A stretch of DNA of 64,000 bases from an uncultured Alphaproteobacteria bacterium (lineage in GTDB: Bacteria > Pseudomonadota > Alphaproteobacteria > RF32 > CAG-239): positions 5,100 to 69,099 of the forward strand of contig CALXUO010000030.1 of the NCBI GenBank assembly GCA_944391695.1. The letters run 5' to 3'. The position numbers were made by a program, and so were the translations under genes. Of this stretch, positions 19,125 through 28,824 are shown piece after piece (the stretch's first letter is position 1; every line of letters starts with the position of its first letter). The notes below the pieces were generated by a model. It was not told the origin of the DNA, made no database searches, and saw only the letters and a list, made by a program, of their open reading frames with translations.

Positions 19125-21347
19125 ATGTCTGAAACACAAGAAAAAATTAAAACCGTGCAGCTGGCTGAAGAATTGAGCAGCCGCTATTTGTCTTATGCAA
19201 TGTCTACCATTGTATCACGCTCGTTGCCTGATGTGAGAGACGGATTAAAGCCGGTGCACAGAAGGCTTTTATTTGCTATGAGACAATTGCACCTTGACCC
19301 TAAGTCAGGATTTAAGAAATGTGCACGCGTGGTGGGCGATGTTATCGGTAAGTATCATCCGCACGGCGATAGTGCGGTTTATGGGGCGATGTGTCGTTTG
19401 GCGCAGGATTTTTCGGTAAGATATCCGCTGGTGGACGGGCAGGGTAATTTTGGCAATATTGACGGTGACAGTCCGGCGGCAATGCGTTATACCGAGGCCA
19501 GGTTGACCGAATTTGCCATTGCTTTGATGGATGGATTAAACGAAAACGCCGTTGATTTTATGGATACTTATGACGGTGAGGAGCAAGAGCCGGTTGTTAT
19601 GCCGGGGGCTGTACCTAATTTGTTATGCAACGGTTCAAGCGGAATTGCGGTTGGTATGGCGACTAATATTCCGCCGCACAATTTGTCGGAAGTGTGTGAT
19701 GCACTTTTGTTGATGATTGAAAAGCCTGATGTGACAATCGAAAATTTGGTCAGAAAAATTAAAGGGCCTGACTTTCCAACAGGCGGGGTGATTGTTGACA
19801 AATTTGCCACCATTTTGGATGCTTATACTACCGGAAAAGGTAATTTCAGAATCAGAGCCAAGTGGGAAAAAGAAGACTTGGGTATGGGGCAATACCAGAT
19901 TGTGGTTACCGAGATACCGTATCAGGTGATAAAATCAAAGCTGATTGAAAGAATTGCGCTTTTGTTGCAAGAAAAGAAGCTGCCGCTTCTCAATGATGTC
20001 AGAGATGAGTCAGCGCAAGATGTCAGAATTGTGTTGGAGCCAAAAAACCGCAACGTTGATGCCAATATGCTGATGGAGTTGTTGTTTAAGAACACCGAAT
20101 TGGAAGCCAAATTCAATATGAACATGAATGTGCTTGATTCTGACGGTGTACCGAGAGTTATGAGTATCGCCGAGGTGTTGCGCGAGTTCTTAAACCACAG
20201 AATGATTGTTTTGCAAAGAAGAACCGATTATCGTTTGCAAAAGATAATTGCCAGATTAGAGATTTTGTCGGGTTATCTAATCGCATACCTTAATTTGGAT
20301 GAGATTATCCGTATTATCCGCGAAGAAGACGAGCCAAAGCCTAAGATGATTGAGAAATTTGGTCTATCGGAAGTACAGGCGGAATCAATTCTTAACATGA
20401 AACTTAGAAATTTGCGGAAACTGGAAGAAGCCGAAATAAGGCGCGAATTTGATGATTTGAGTGCCGAGAAGCAGGGGTTGGAAGAATTGCTTGCAGATGA
20501 AGCTAAACGCTGGCAAAAAGTGGCTGAGGAAATAAAAGCAATAAAAGAAAAATTCGGTAAAAAGACGGCTTTGGGCCGCAGACGCACCGAATTTGCCGAG
20601 GTTGATGTCGAAAATATTGATATTTCAATTGAGGCGATGGTTGAAAAAGAGCCGATTACGGTAATCTTGTCCGAAAAAGGGTGGATACGCTGTGTTAAAG
20701 GGTATGTAAATCTTGCGGAAGATTTTAAATTTAAGGATGATGACGGTTTATTGAAAGCAATACACGCGCAAACAACCGACAAGATAATATTGTTTGATAC
20801 GGCAGGAAAATTCTTTAATGTCAATGCCTGCGATATTCCATCGGGCAGAGGGTTCGGGCAGCCGTTGCGATTGATGATTGATTTGGGCAACAATGACTCT
20901 ATCACCGAGATGTTTGTGTTTGAACCCAAAGCCTCATATCTGATTGCCACCAATAAAGGATATGGTTTTATTGTTGATGAAAATCATATTATTGCTCAGA
21001 CCAGGCAGGGACGCAAAATTATGAATGTGGCCGAAGGCGAAAAGACCATGTTTTGTAAAAAAGTGGTTGGCGATATGGTGGCAATGATTGGAGATAATCG
21101 CAAAATATTGGTATTTAAAACAGAAGAAATTCCCACAATTGCCAGAGGACGCGGTGTTTGCTTGCAAAAATACAAAGACGGTGGGTTGAGCGATATACAA
21201 ATCTTTAACGAAGCAGACGGATTTGCTTATAATCGTGCCGGCGGAATAAGTGTTGAAAAAGATTTGCTTACTTGGCTTGGGCATCGGGCGCAAGTTGGTA
21301 AGTTGGCGCCGTTTGGTTTTGCTAAGAACAACAAGTTTTTGAAATAA
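19125..21347 (+). CDS. parC: DNA topoisomerase IV subunit A
   Basis: '[18 protein letters not shown]', catalytic 'RYTEARL', 740 aa without the GyrA-box region. Confidence 0.9.
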   Translation: MSETQEKIKTVQLAEELSSRYLSYAMSTIVSRSLPDVRDGLKPVHRRLLFAMRQLHLDPKSGFKKCARVVGDVIGKYHPHGDSAVYGAMCRLAQDFSVRYPLVDGQGNFGNIDGDSPAAMRYTEARLTEFAIALMDGLNENAVDFMDTYDGEEQEPVVMPGAVPNLLCNGSSGIAVGMATNIPPHNLSEVCDALLLMIEKPDVTIENLVRKIKGPDFPTGGVIVDKFATILDAYTTGKGNFRIRAKWEKEDLGMGQYQIVVTEIPYQVIKSKLIERIALLLQEKKLPLLNDVRDESAQDVRIVLEPKNRNVDANMLMELLFKNTELEAKFNMNMNVLDSDGVPRVMSIAEVLREFLNHRMIVLQRRTDYRLQKIIARLEILSGYLIAYLNLDEIIRIIREEDEPKPKMIEKFGLSEVQAESILNMKLRNLRKLEEAEIRREFDDLSAEKQGLEELLADEAKRWQKVAEEIKAIKEKFGKKTALGRRRTEFAEVDVENIDISIEAMVEKEPITVILSEKGWIRCVKGYVNLAEDFKFKDDDGLLKAIHAQTTDKIILFDTAGKFFNVNACDIPSGRGFGQPLRLMIDLGNNDSITEMFVFEPKASYLIATNKGYGFIVDENHIIAQTRQGRKIMNVAEGEKTMFCKKVVGDMVAMIGDNRKILVFKTEEIPTIARGRGVCLQKYKDGGLSDIQIFNEADGFAYNRAGGISVEKDLLTWLGHRAQVGKLAPFGFAKNNKFLK

Positions 21348-21348
21348 A

Positions 21349-21528
21349 ATGGCAGATGTTTTGTTTGAATATGTAAGAATGGGAGCTTCGGTTAGGGTTA
21401 CGGCAATTGAACCTGACACCAAAACCGAGGCGGTAGTAGTTGTGCCGGCAGGATTGTCGGAAAAAGAAATGCAGGCAAGAGCCATGCAAAAATTGTTGTA
21501 TATTTTGAAAAAGAAAGATGAAGCCTGA
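21349..21528 (+). CDS. small hypothetical protein (59 aa), absent from the ORF track
   Basis: ATG lies 1 nt after the parC stop (TAAaATG). Translation is 'MADVLFEYVRMGASVRVTAIEPDTKTEAVVVVPAGLSEKEMQARAMQKLLYILKKKDEA'. Codon usage is consistent with neighbouring genes. Confidence 0.45.
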   Translation: MADVLFEYVRMGASVRVTAIEPDTKTEAVVVVPAGLSEKEMQARAMQKLLYILKKKDEA

Positions 21529-21654
21529 ATTCCTTGTGGATAAAGTATTGTCGTAAGCTGATTGTATTTCCAATTTAAAAAAATATGCTTATAATGCTCT
21601 CTGAAGTCCGTTGATTTGGACTTTGGGGAATATTTGTTATGGGGAATTGACCAG

Positions 21655-24600
21655 ATGTCTGATAAAGCAGCTGAGAATATCGGCAATGTTACGGTTTTGC
21701 CGCAATTTATGAAAGAATCAAAAACACCTATTGAAATTGAAGAAAAAGAATCTTGGCTTAATAATAATTTGCACAAGCTGATGATTAGTGTCAGTGTGGT
21801 ATGGTTTGCCGTGGTTTTAATCTATATCACCCAGTTTTTTGGATGGTCTAATCTGTTTTTGATGATGCCAGATGAGTTTGGTGGATTTTTGGCCGGGGTT
21901 ACGTTGCCTTTGGCTATAATTTGGGTAGTGATGGCTTATATTGATCGTGGAAGCTCTTTTAAACATGAGGCCAAATTTTTGCGGGCTTATATGAATCAGT
22001 TGGTATATCCTGAAGATGGCGCTCCGCAAACAGCTAAAGCGATGGCTGATGCAATTCGTTCACAAGTGGTGGAGTTGCAGCAGGTGTCTAAGCTTGCTCA
22101 TGAGCAGACATCTAAAATTAAAGATGCTATTAAAGAAAATGTGGATGATTTTGCTAAATTGGTTGGTACTTTGGATAATTATTCTTCAAAAACCATTGTT
22201 GAATTGAGCGATGGGGTTAAGTTTTTGATGGCAAATTTTGAAAACATACTTAATAAAGCTGAAAATTCTACTCAGAGTTTGGCCAAAATAAATCAGGATT
22301 TTATTGACAGCGGTAACGGGATAGAAACTTCTCTTAATGATTTGTTTGTTAAGATGTCGCCTCAGTTAAAAGAGTTGAAAGAAGCTGCTGAACAATTGAA
22401 AGATATTAATACATGTTCGGCAAATGATATAGCAACGGCAAATCAGAATCTTAAAAATTTTGCCGAAAATACCAATGTAACCTTTAATGCCGTACGTGGT
22501 GTTTTGGAAGGGCAGACTAATTTACTTAAGCAAATTGGTGATACTGCCGTAAATAACTGTAATATACTTAAAAATTCAATTGCATCTGAAGTATCTGGTC
22601 TTGAAGACAGTTTACAAAATCATGTGCAGAAGCTTAATTTGTTTTTGGAAGAAGTGGGAAAAGAAGCAAAACAAAAAACAGAAGAAGTTACAAAGTCTGC
22701 CATATCTAATATAGGAATTATTAATAATAATCTGAAAACCGGAATGAATAATATTGATGATGCCGTCGATTTACAAATTAGAAAAATGGATGAAGCTTTA
22801 GCTAAACACAATAAGGATATTGCCGCGTTTATAAAAGTTTTGGAAGAAAAAGCTGAGGGGGTTAACAAGAAATTTACAACTCATGGCGAACTAATTAATC
22901 AAGAGCTTGATAGACTTATGGTTAGAAGTTCTAATTTGGAAGATGCTATTGCTATGCAGGTATCTAATCTTAGCGGTGTATCCGATAAGGCTATTGCCGC
23001 TATGCAAGAGGTGGAAAATGCTTTGAGCAGCAATGTATCCGTTTTGGACGAGAAAGTATTGGCAGCCAACGGAGATATTGTGTCATATATGACTACATTA
23101 CAAGAAAAGACATCTGACTTTGGGGAGATCAGCAAAGACAGTATTGATAAGATTGTTGATTTTACCGAACTCTTGAATCAGCGATACGGTGAATTGCAAA
23201 AGACTATTGCAGCCGGATTTTCCCAAATGCAAGATGCTGATAAAGGAATTAATCTGTCGACCGAAAATTTGATGGTGCAGACAGCTCAATCTGTCGAAAA
23301 TCTTAATCAGGTCGCCGCGTTGATGCAAAAGCAAACTTCGGTATTGAACGAGGCTTCATCAATAGTGGTTACTCAAAGCCAAATCAGTGAAGCATCTTTG
23401 GCGCAACAACAAAAATATATTACCGATACGGCATCTCGAGTAGAAGATATTAAAAATGAATTAAAGCGTCAGATTGATGAATTATCGGCATCATCTGCCA
23501 GTTTGGAGCAGGACGCCGTAAGTATTTTGGAATTGCTGAAATCTAATATTGCTAAAATGCTTTCGCAATGTAATGATGCTCTCAATAAAAGCAAAGCTCT
23601 TAATGATAATTTATCGGAGCAGGCAAATCAGTTTGATACTTCTGCCAACAGGACTTTGGCAAAAGTTACGCAGTTTGAAAATGTTTTGATTAAACAATCG
23701 CAAAATATGGAAACTTTGGCTAATAATATTGAAACAAAAAGTGATGCAATTGCTAAATCGTTGGATGCTCACACACGAAAATTAAGCGAAACGACGGACA
23801 ATTCAGAAATTGTTTTGGCTAAGTCCATAACTGATTTTGAGGCTAAGAGCGACAATATTAATACTATTTCTCAAAATGCTGCCAAGTATATAAGTGAAGT
23901 AACTGCCGGAATGGATGAAAAAGTGGCGGCGCTTAATGTTATGTTTAGGCAACAGCAAGCTGATTTTTATGCTTATTGTGATAAAGTGTCAGAAAATACA
24001 AATAAGATGGCGGATATTTTGAAATCACAAATGGCAGGAGTTGAGGAGGGTGCCGATAAACTGTTTGCTCGGTTGGTTATTTTGGAGGAAGATACCGGAC
24101 GCAGAGCAGAAACAGTTATTGCCAATTCTCAGAAATCAGTACAGGATTTGGCCGAAATTGAAAAAATGTTGGCAAACAAGCATGAATTAACCGAAAAAAC
24201 AGTTGATGCAGCTATTAATAAACTTAAGACAATAAATGATGAAATTAATAATCATTTGCATGGTTTTGATGCTGCAATGATGTCTGTGAAAACAAATATG
24301 GGTGAAACTTTGCAACAAATTGAAGATAGCGAAAAAGGGATGAAAGAAGTTCATCAAAATATGCTTAAAGATAATGAAATATCTTGGCAGAAACTTAATG
24401 AACAAACCAAATATATGGAAAATGCAGCTTTGAAATTGTCTTCACAAAGTGAAAATATTGCCAATATGCTTGATATGCAGAAAAATAATATTACTGAGGT
24501 TATTAATAATTTGGCTACTCAGGCAAGGTTGGGAGAAGCCTCTCTGGCACAACAGTATAAATATCTTACGGACGCAACGGTTAAAGTGGCTGATAAAGTT

Positions 24601-25830
24601 CAGGAAATAAGCACTTCGTTTAATGATGGAACATCTGATATATTTGAAGTTACCAACAAATTATCATATGAATTTGAGGTGTTGGGTGACAGATTGCTTA
24701 AGGCTTGTGATGCTATTAGTAAATCTTCAAAAGATTCGATTAAAAATATTGATCAAGTAAGTTTACGCTTAAATCAATGCAGCGAGGATTTGGATACGGC
24801 TATTTATCATTCGGTTGAAAATATTAGCGGAGTATTTAACGAGTATGAAAAATATTTGGCCGGGTTTAATACCGTTACGGCTGAAACTTCTACCGGGGTG
24901 GTCGAAATTAATAATTTGATTACGGCACAAAGCGATAAGATGGTGAAAATATCGGAAGATACCAAAAAATTGGTTGATTGCTTTAATAACGTTTTGAGCG
25001 ATACATCAAATCAATTGGCGGACAGAGCCAATGACGCTTATGAAAAGGTGAAGAGCCTGGGACAAGATTTGAAAAAGCTCGGACTTGAAATGGATGATGC
25101 GGCGAAGTTAAGCGCTACGCATTTGGAAAAATCTGGTGATAAGTTGCGGGCTTCAATTAATGAAATTGCTGCAAATGCCGAAAGAATATCAAATACTATT
25201 TTGTCATCGGGAGAGGTTTTTGTTAAACAATCACAAGCTCTGACAGCGATGGCAGATGATACGGCGGCTAAAGTTAATGACAGTATCGGTAATTTGGTTG
25301 AGGCGGGTAAGTCTTTTGAGGCTCAGGGACAGGCTATTGTCAAAGAAAGTATCAGATTTAATGATACAATTAATGCTCAGACCAAGAATTTGAGTGAAAG
25401 TGCGGTTAAAGCCGAGAAAGCCATGAAAGGTTTGGCTACAACCTATAAAGACGTTAAAATTGATTCTTTCCTTAAAGATGCCGGCAAGATTATTAGTCAT
25501 TTGGAGAATATATCGGTTGATGTTAACAGACTTTTGAATCCTAGGGATGAAGATGATTTGTGGAAGAAGTTTTATAATGGCGATACTCAGGTATTTATTC
25601 GTTCTATTGCCAAAAATATGACCGGTACCCAAATAAACGCTTTACGCAAAGAACTTGAGAAAAACGGGGATTTGAGAAAGTTAGTAAATGTTTATATGAG
25701 TGAGTTTGAAACTTTGGTCGAAAAATCAAAAACACATGAATATTCGGCAGCATTGATGGCGGTGATTTCGGGAGCTGATTTGGGTAGATTGTATTATGTG
25801 TTGGCCAAAGCCTTAAACAAAATAAACTAG
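21655..25830 (+). CDS. giant membrane-anchored alpha-helical coiled-coil protein (1391 aa), function unknown
   Basis: Two predicted TM helices near the N-terminus. About 1100 aa of N/Q/S/E/K-rich helical heptad-like sequence with an internal duplication (see findings). Distinct C-terminal globular region of about 150 aa. Start is ATG 21655 (RBS gggga) or TTG 21616. Confidence 0.7.
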   Translation: MSDKAAENIGNVTVLPQFMKESKTPIEIEEKESWLNNNLHKLMISVSVVWFAVVLIYITQFFGWSNLFLMMPDEFGGFLAGVTLPLAIIWVVMAYIDRGSSFKHEAKFLRAYMNQLVYPEDGAPQTAKAMADAIRSQVVELQQVSKLAHEQTSKIKDAIKENVDDFAKLVGTLDNYSSKTIVELSDGVKFLMANFENILNKAENSTQSLAKINQDFIDSGNGIETSLNDLFVKMSPQLKELKEAAEQLKDINTCSANDIATANQNLKNFAENTNVTFNAVRGVLEGQTNLLKQIGDTAVNNCNILKNSIASEVSGLEDSLQNHVQKLNLFLEEVGKEAKQKTEEVTKSAISNIGIINNNLKTGMNNIDDAVDLQIRKMDEALAKHNKDIAAFIKVLEEKAEGVNKKFTTHGELINQELDRLMVRSSNLEDAIAMQVSNLSGVSDKAIAAMQEVENALSSNVSVLDEKVLAANGDIVSYMTTLQEKTSDFGEISKDSIDKIVDFTELLNQRYGELQKTIAAGFSQMQDADKGINLSTENLMVQTAQSVENLNQVAALMQKQTSVLNEASSIVVTQSQISEASLAQQQKYITDTASRVEDIKNELKRQIDELSASSASLEQDAVSILELLKSNIAKMLSQCNDALNKSKALNDNLSEQANQFDTSANRTLAKVTQFENVLIKQSQNMETLANNIETKSDAIAKSLDAHTRKLSETTDNSEIVLAKSITDFEAKSDNINTISQNAAKYISEVTAGMDEKVAALNVMFRQQQADFYAYCDKVSENTNKMADILKSQMAGVEEGADKLFARLVILEEDTGRRAETVIANSQKSVQDLAEIEKMLANKHELTEKTVDAAINKLKTINDEINNHLHGFDAAMMSVKTNMGETLQQIEDSEKGMKEVHQNMLKDNEISWQKLNEQTKYMENAALKLSSQSENIANMLDMQKNNITEVINNLATQARLGEASLAQQYKYLTDATVKVADKVQEISTSFNDGTSDIFEVTNKLSYEFEVLGDRLLKACDAISKSSKDSIKNIDQVSLRLNQCSEDLDTAIYHSVENISGVFNEYEKYLAGFNTVTAETSTGVVEINNLITAQSDKMVKISEDTKKLVDCFNNVLSDTSNQLADRANDAYEKVKSLGQDLKKLGLEMDDAAKLSATHLEKSGDKLRASINEIAANAERISNTILSSGEVFVKQSQALTAMADDTAAKVNDSIGNLVEAGKSFEAQGQAIVKESIRFNDTINAQTKNLSESAVKAEKAMKGLATTYKDVKIDSFLKDAGKIISHLENISVDVNRLLNPRDEDDLWKKFYNGDTQVFIRSIAKNMTGTQINALRKELEKNGDLRKLVNVYMSEFETLVEKSKTHEYSAALMAVISGADLGRLYYVLAKALNKIN

Positions 25831-25846
25831 GGGTATATAATATAAA

Positions 25847-26182
25847 GTGCCGCAAACGTATATTAACAGTTATGTCGAAAGCTTGCAAAAGCAAATTGCT
25901 GATGTTGCCTCAAGAATAAAACGAAAAAACTCAGCAAAAGAGTTTGCCGACAATAAGGATACGTTACAAAATTATGGGTTTAAACTACGTTCTGAGGTCG
26001 AAGTGCAAGCATATAGGCTTGTTTGTGAAGAGACTGCATATACGTTATTGGGGCAAGGTGAGGGGGCTAATAGTTCGTATGTTGCGGGTTTATATGGTTT
26101 TATAAGCAAGGTGGACAGGCCTTCGTCGGTAATTGACGGGCTGGAATTTGAAAATAATCAGCAATTTGATTTTAAGGTATAG
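25847..26182 (+). CDS. hypothetical protein (111 aa)
   Basis: Open frame with a GTG start and a weak RBS, packed between the giant gene and dusB. No recognisable motif. Confidence 0.35.
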   Translation: MPQTYINSYVESLQKQIADVASRIKRKNSAKEFADNKDTLQNYGFKLRSEVEVQAYRLVCEETAYTLLGQGEGANSSYVAGLYGFISKVDRPSSVIDGLEFENNQQFDFKV

Positions 26183-27163
26183 ATGATAGCAAAAGGTTTT
26201 GACAGTAAAGTTTTTTTGGCACCAATGGCCGGTATTACCGACAAACCAATGCGCAAGCTTGTGCATTCTTTTGGTAAGGGAAATATTGTGTCGGAAATGG
26301 TGGCAATAAATGCTTTGTCGAGGCGTAATCCTAAAACCTATAGAATTGCCGATGTCAGAGATGAAAATTATCCGGTTGCGGTGCAATTGGTTGGAAATGA
26401 TCCGCAACTTTTTGCTGAGAGCGTAAAGTTAATTGAAGAATTAGGAGCTTGTGGCATCGATATAAATATGGGGTGTCCGGTCAAAAAAATTGTGGCTAAT
26501 CGTTCGGGATCATATTTGATGAAAGACATGATCTTGGCGGCCGAAATTATAAAAGCTGTTAAAAATTCAACCAAGCTGCCGGTAAGTGTTAAATTTCGCA
26601 AAGGATGGGATAATCTTACTGTTAATGCTGTTCAATTTGCCAAAATGTGCGAGGACTGCGGCGCGGATTATCTGACCATTCACGGCAGGACAAAAACAGA
26701 TATGTATTCCGGAAAGGCTGATTGGGATATTATTGCCGAGGTTAAGGGAGCTGTTAAAATACCTGTTGTCGGAAACGGTGATATAGATTCTCCTTACAAA
26801 GCTAGAGAAATGTTGGATTATACCAAAGTTGACGCAGTGATGGTAGGGAGGGCTGCTTTGGGAAGGCCTTGGCTTATATCTCAGATACACAATTATTTGG
26901 AAAAAGGTGTCGAGCCAAAGGGTGTTGATATTGGGAAGATAAAAAACACGCTTTTAAAACATATAGAAGGATTGGAAGAATATTACGGAGAAAAGTTGGC
27001 TTTGGCTTTGTCGCGAAAATATGTTTGCTGGTATTGCAAAAATTTACGTGAAGCTCGAAAATTTAGAGAAAAATATGTGCGAATTGGAAATTTGGAACAA
27101 GCAGTGGCTGAGATAGAAAACTTTTTTATACAAGATAATTTAGATATTGAAGAGAGGTTGTGA
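26183..27163 (+). CDS. dusB: tRNA-dihydrouridine synthase (NifR3 family)
   Basis: 'LAPMAGITD' and 'DINMGCP' FMN/TIM-barrel motifs. Confidence 0.85.
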   Translation: MIAKGFDSKVFLAPMAGITDKPMRKLVHSFGKGNIVSEMVAINALSRRNPKTYRIADVRDENYPVAVQLVGNDPQLFAESVKLIEELGACGIDINMGCPVKKIVANRSGSYLMKDMILAAEIIKAVKNSTKLPVSVKFRKGWDNLTVNAVQFAKMCEDCGADYLTIHGRTKTDMYSGKADWDIIAEVKGAVKIPVVGNGDIDSPYKAREMLDYTKVDAVMVGRAALGRPWLISQIHNYLEKGVEPKGVDIGKIKNTLLKHIEGLEEYYGEKLALALSRKYVCWYCKNLREARKFREKYVRIGNLEQAVAEIENFFIQDNLDIEERL

Positions 27164-27166
27164 GAG

Positions 27167-28522
27167 ATGAAAATTATTGTTTGCGGAGCAGGGCAGCTCG
27201 GAAAAAGCGTCGTGAGCTATTTGGCAAAAGGAAATAATGATATTATTGTGGTTGATGACAACCAATACGATTTGGACGAGCTTTCAAAAGAATTTGATAT
27301 CTTGCCAATTCAGGGGAAGCCATCTCATCCCGATGTTTTGGAGCGCGCAGGGGCAAAAGACTGTGATATGATTTTGGCAGTTACCGAGACTGATGAAATT
27401 AACATGATTGTATGCCAGTTGGCTTATACATTGTTTAATATTCCTAAAAAAATTGCCAGCGTTAACAGCAAGACGTTTATTGACCCGTTGTGGGGAATGC
27501 TTTACAACGATAATCATTTGCCGATTGATTTGTTGATATCTCCGGATATCGATATTGCCGATAATATTTTGAAAATATTGCAATATCCCGGATGTGCCGG
27601 TATCTTGCCGGTATTGGACGGAAAATATTATGTTATGACCTTAAATATCAAAAAAGATTGTCCGTTGCTTGAAGTGCCTTTGGTGGAAGCTAACCGGCAT
27701 GATGATTTGAATATTGGTTTTATAAATATTATCAGAAATAACGTAAGTTTTGTGCCGGATATGTATGAAACTTTGCAGCCAGGTGATGAGGTTAATATTT
27801 TGGTGGCCGACAAAGACATCTATAGCACCATAAGCGCTTTTGGTCTTGAAAAGCAGGCAAATGAACGCTTGGTTATGTTTGGCGGAGATGAAATTTCGGA
27901 ATATATCGGAGATAAGGTAGAACATGACGACAGTATTATATCTTGTCGCTTGATTGAAGAGGATATTGAAAAAGCTCGCAAGCTGGCGCGCAAGCTTAAT
28001 CATGTGGTAGTTATTCACGGTGAGATGATGAGCGATGTCATATTAAAAGAAGCTGATTTGGCTCATGCCGATGCCGTAATTGCTTTGACCGATAATGACA
28101 AAGATAATTTGCTGGCTTCGCTTTTGGCGTCTAAAAACGGTGTGGGGACTACTATATCGGTTATTAATACTCCGTCTTATAATAACTTGATGTTTAATAT
28201 TACCGATAACATCTTAGTTGACAGAAGCGCAATTACAATTTCTAAAATCTTGAAAGAAATCCGCAAGGCCAGGCTGAAAGAAGCTTATTCGGTGGCAAGA
28301 GAAATGGGTGAAATATGGGAAATAAGACTTGAGGAAGAAAATATGTGTTGCGGCAAAAAAATCGGAGAACTGGGACTGGCAAAGACATCCAGAGTATTTG
28401 CCGTTTTGCGGGGAGAAGAGTTGATTTATTCGGATCAAACGATTAAATTAAACTGTGGAGATGTTTTGCTGATATATGTTGATTCTGCGGCTATTAGACA
28501 GGCAGAGCAAATTTTTTGCTAA
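27167..28522 (+). CDS. trkA: Trk potassium uptake system NAD-binding protein
   Basis: Two RCK_N Rossmann motifs ('IIVCGAGQLG', 'VVVIHG') with RCK_C domains. Confidence 0.9.
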   Translation: MKIIVCGAGQLGKSVVSYLAKGNNDIIVVDDNQYDLDELSKEFDILPIQGKPSHPDVLERAGAKDCDMILAVTETDEINMIVCQLAYTLFNIPKKIASVNSKTFIDPLWGMLYNDNHLPIDLLISPDIDIADNILKILQYPGCAGILPVLDGKYYVMTLNIKKDCPLLEVPLVEANRHDDLNIGFINIIRNNVSFVPDMYETLQPGDEVNILVADKDIYSTISAFGLEKQANERLVMFGGDEISEYIGDKVEHDDSIISCRLIEEDIEKARKLARKLNHVVVIHGEMMSDVILKEADLAHADAVIALTDNDKDNLLASLLASKNGVGTTISVINTPSYNNLMFNITDNILVDRSAITISKILKEIRKARLKEAYSVAREMGEIWEIRLEEENMCCGKKIGELGLAKTSRVFAVLRGEELIYSDQTIKLNCGDVLLIYVDSAAIRQAEQIFC

Positions 28523-28528
28523 AAGTCT

Positions 28529-28557
28529 TTGACAGCTCGGAAAAAATAATATTAAAT
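28529..28557 (+). promoter_or_regulatory. sigma-70-like promoter for hfq
   Basis: TTGACA (-35), 17-nt spacer, TTAAAT (-10), about 40 nt upstream of the hfq ATG. Confidence 0.45.
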
Positions 28558-28598
28558 GACTGTTAATAAATATAAACTAATAAAAAGGGACTAAACCT

Positions 28599-28814
28599 AT
28601 GAGTGCAGATAAAGAAATTGAAAATAAATTCTTGGATAAACTGAAAAAAAGCGAAATATCGGTTACGGTGTTTTTGGTAAACGGTGTTAAGCTGCAAGGA
28701 ATTATCACCTGGTTTGATGATGCAATACTGTTGTTGAGAAGAGACGGGCATACACAATTGATTTATAAACATGCCGTTTCGACGATTATGCCGGGTGAAG
28801 CCGTTGAAATCTAA
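28599..28814 (+). CDS. hfq: RNA chaperone Hfq
   Basis: Sm1/Sm2 motifs '[15 protein letters not shown]...[10 protein letters not shown]' in the alphaproteobacterial form. Confidence 0.95.
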   Translation: MSADKEIENKFLDKLKKSEISVTVFLVNGVKLQGIITWFDDAILLLRRDGHTQLIYKHAVSTIMPGEAVEI

Positions 28815-28824
28815 GTAAAAATCA

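Noticed and set aside
20273-21776. Two long minus-strand ORFs (226 and 280 aa) across the parC 3' half and the parC / giant-gene junction
   Set aside because: They are antisense to parC and the small coupled ORF. The translations are Ser/Ile-rich and low-complexity. They have no RBS and no homology signal.
21616-25830. Tandem DNA repeats or a CRISPR-like array inside the giant gene
   Set aside because: The repetition is at the protein level only. The DNA copies are about 65% identical, unevenly spaced and in-frame coding. No CRISPR arrays were seen anywhere in the window.
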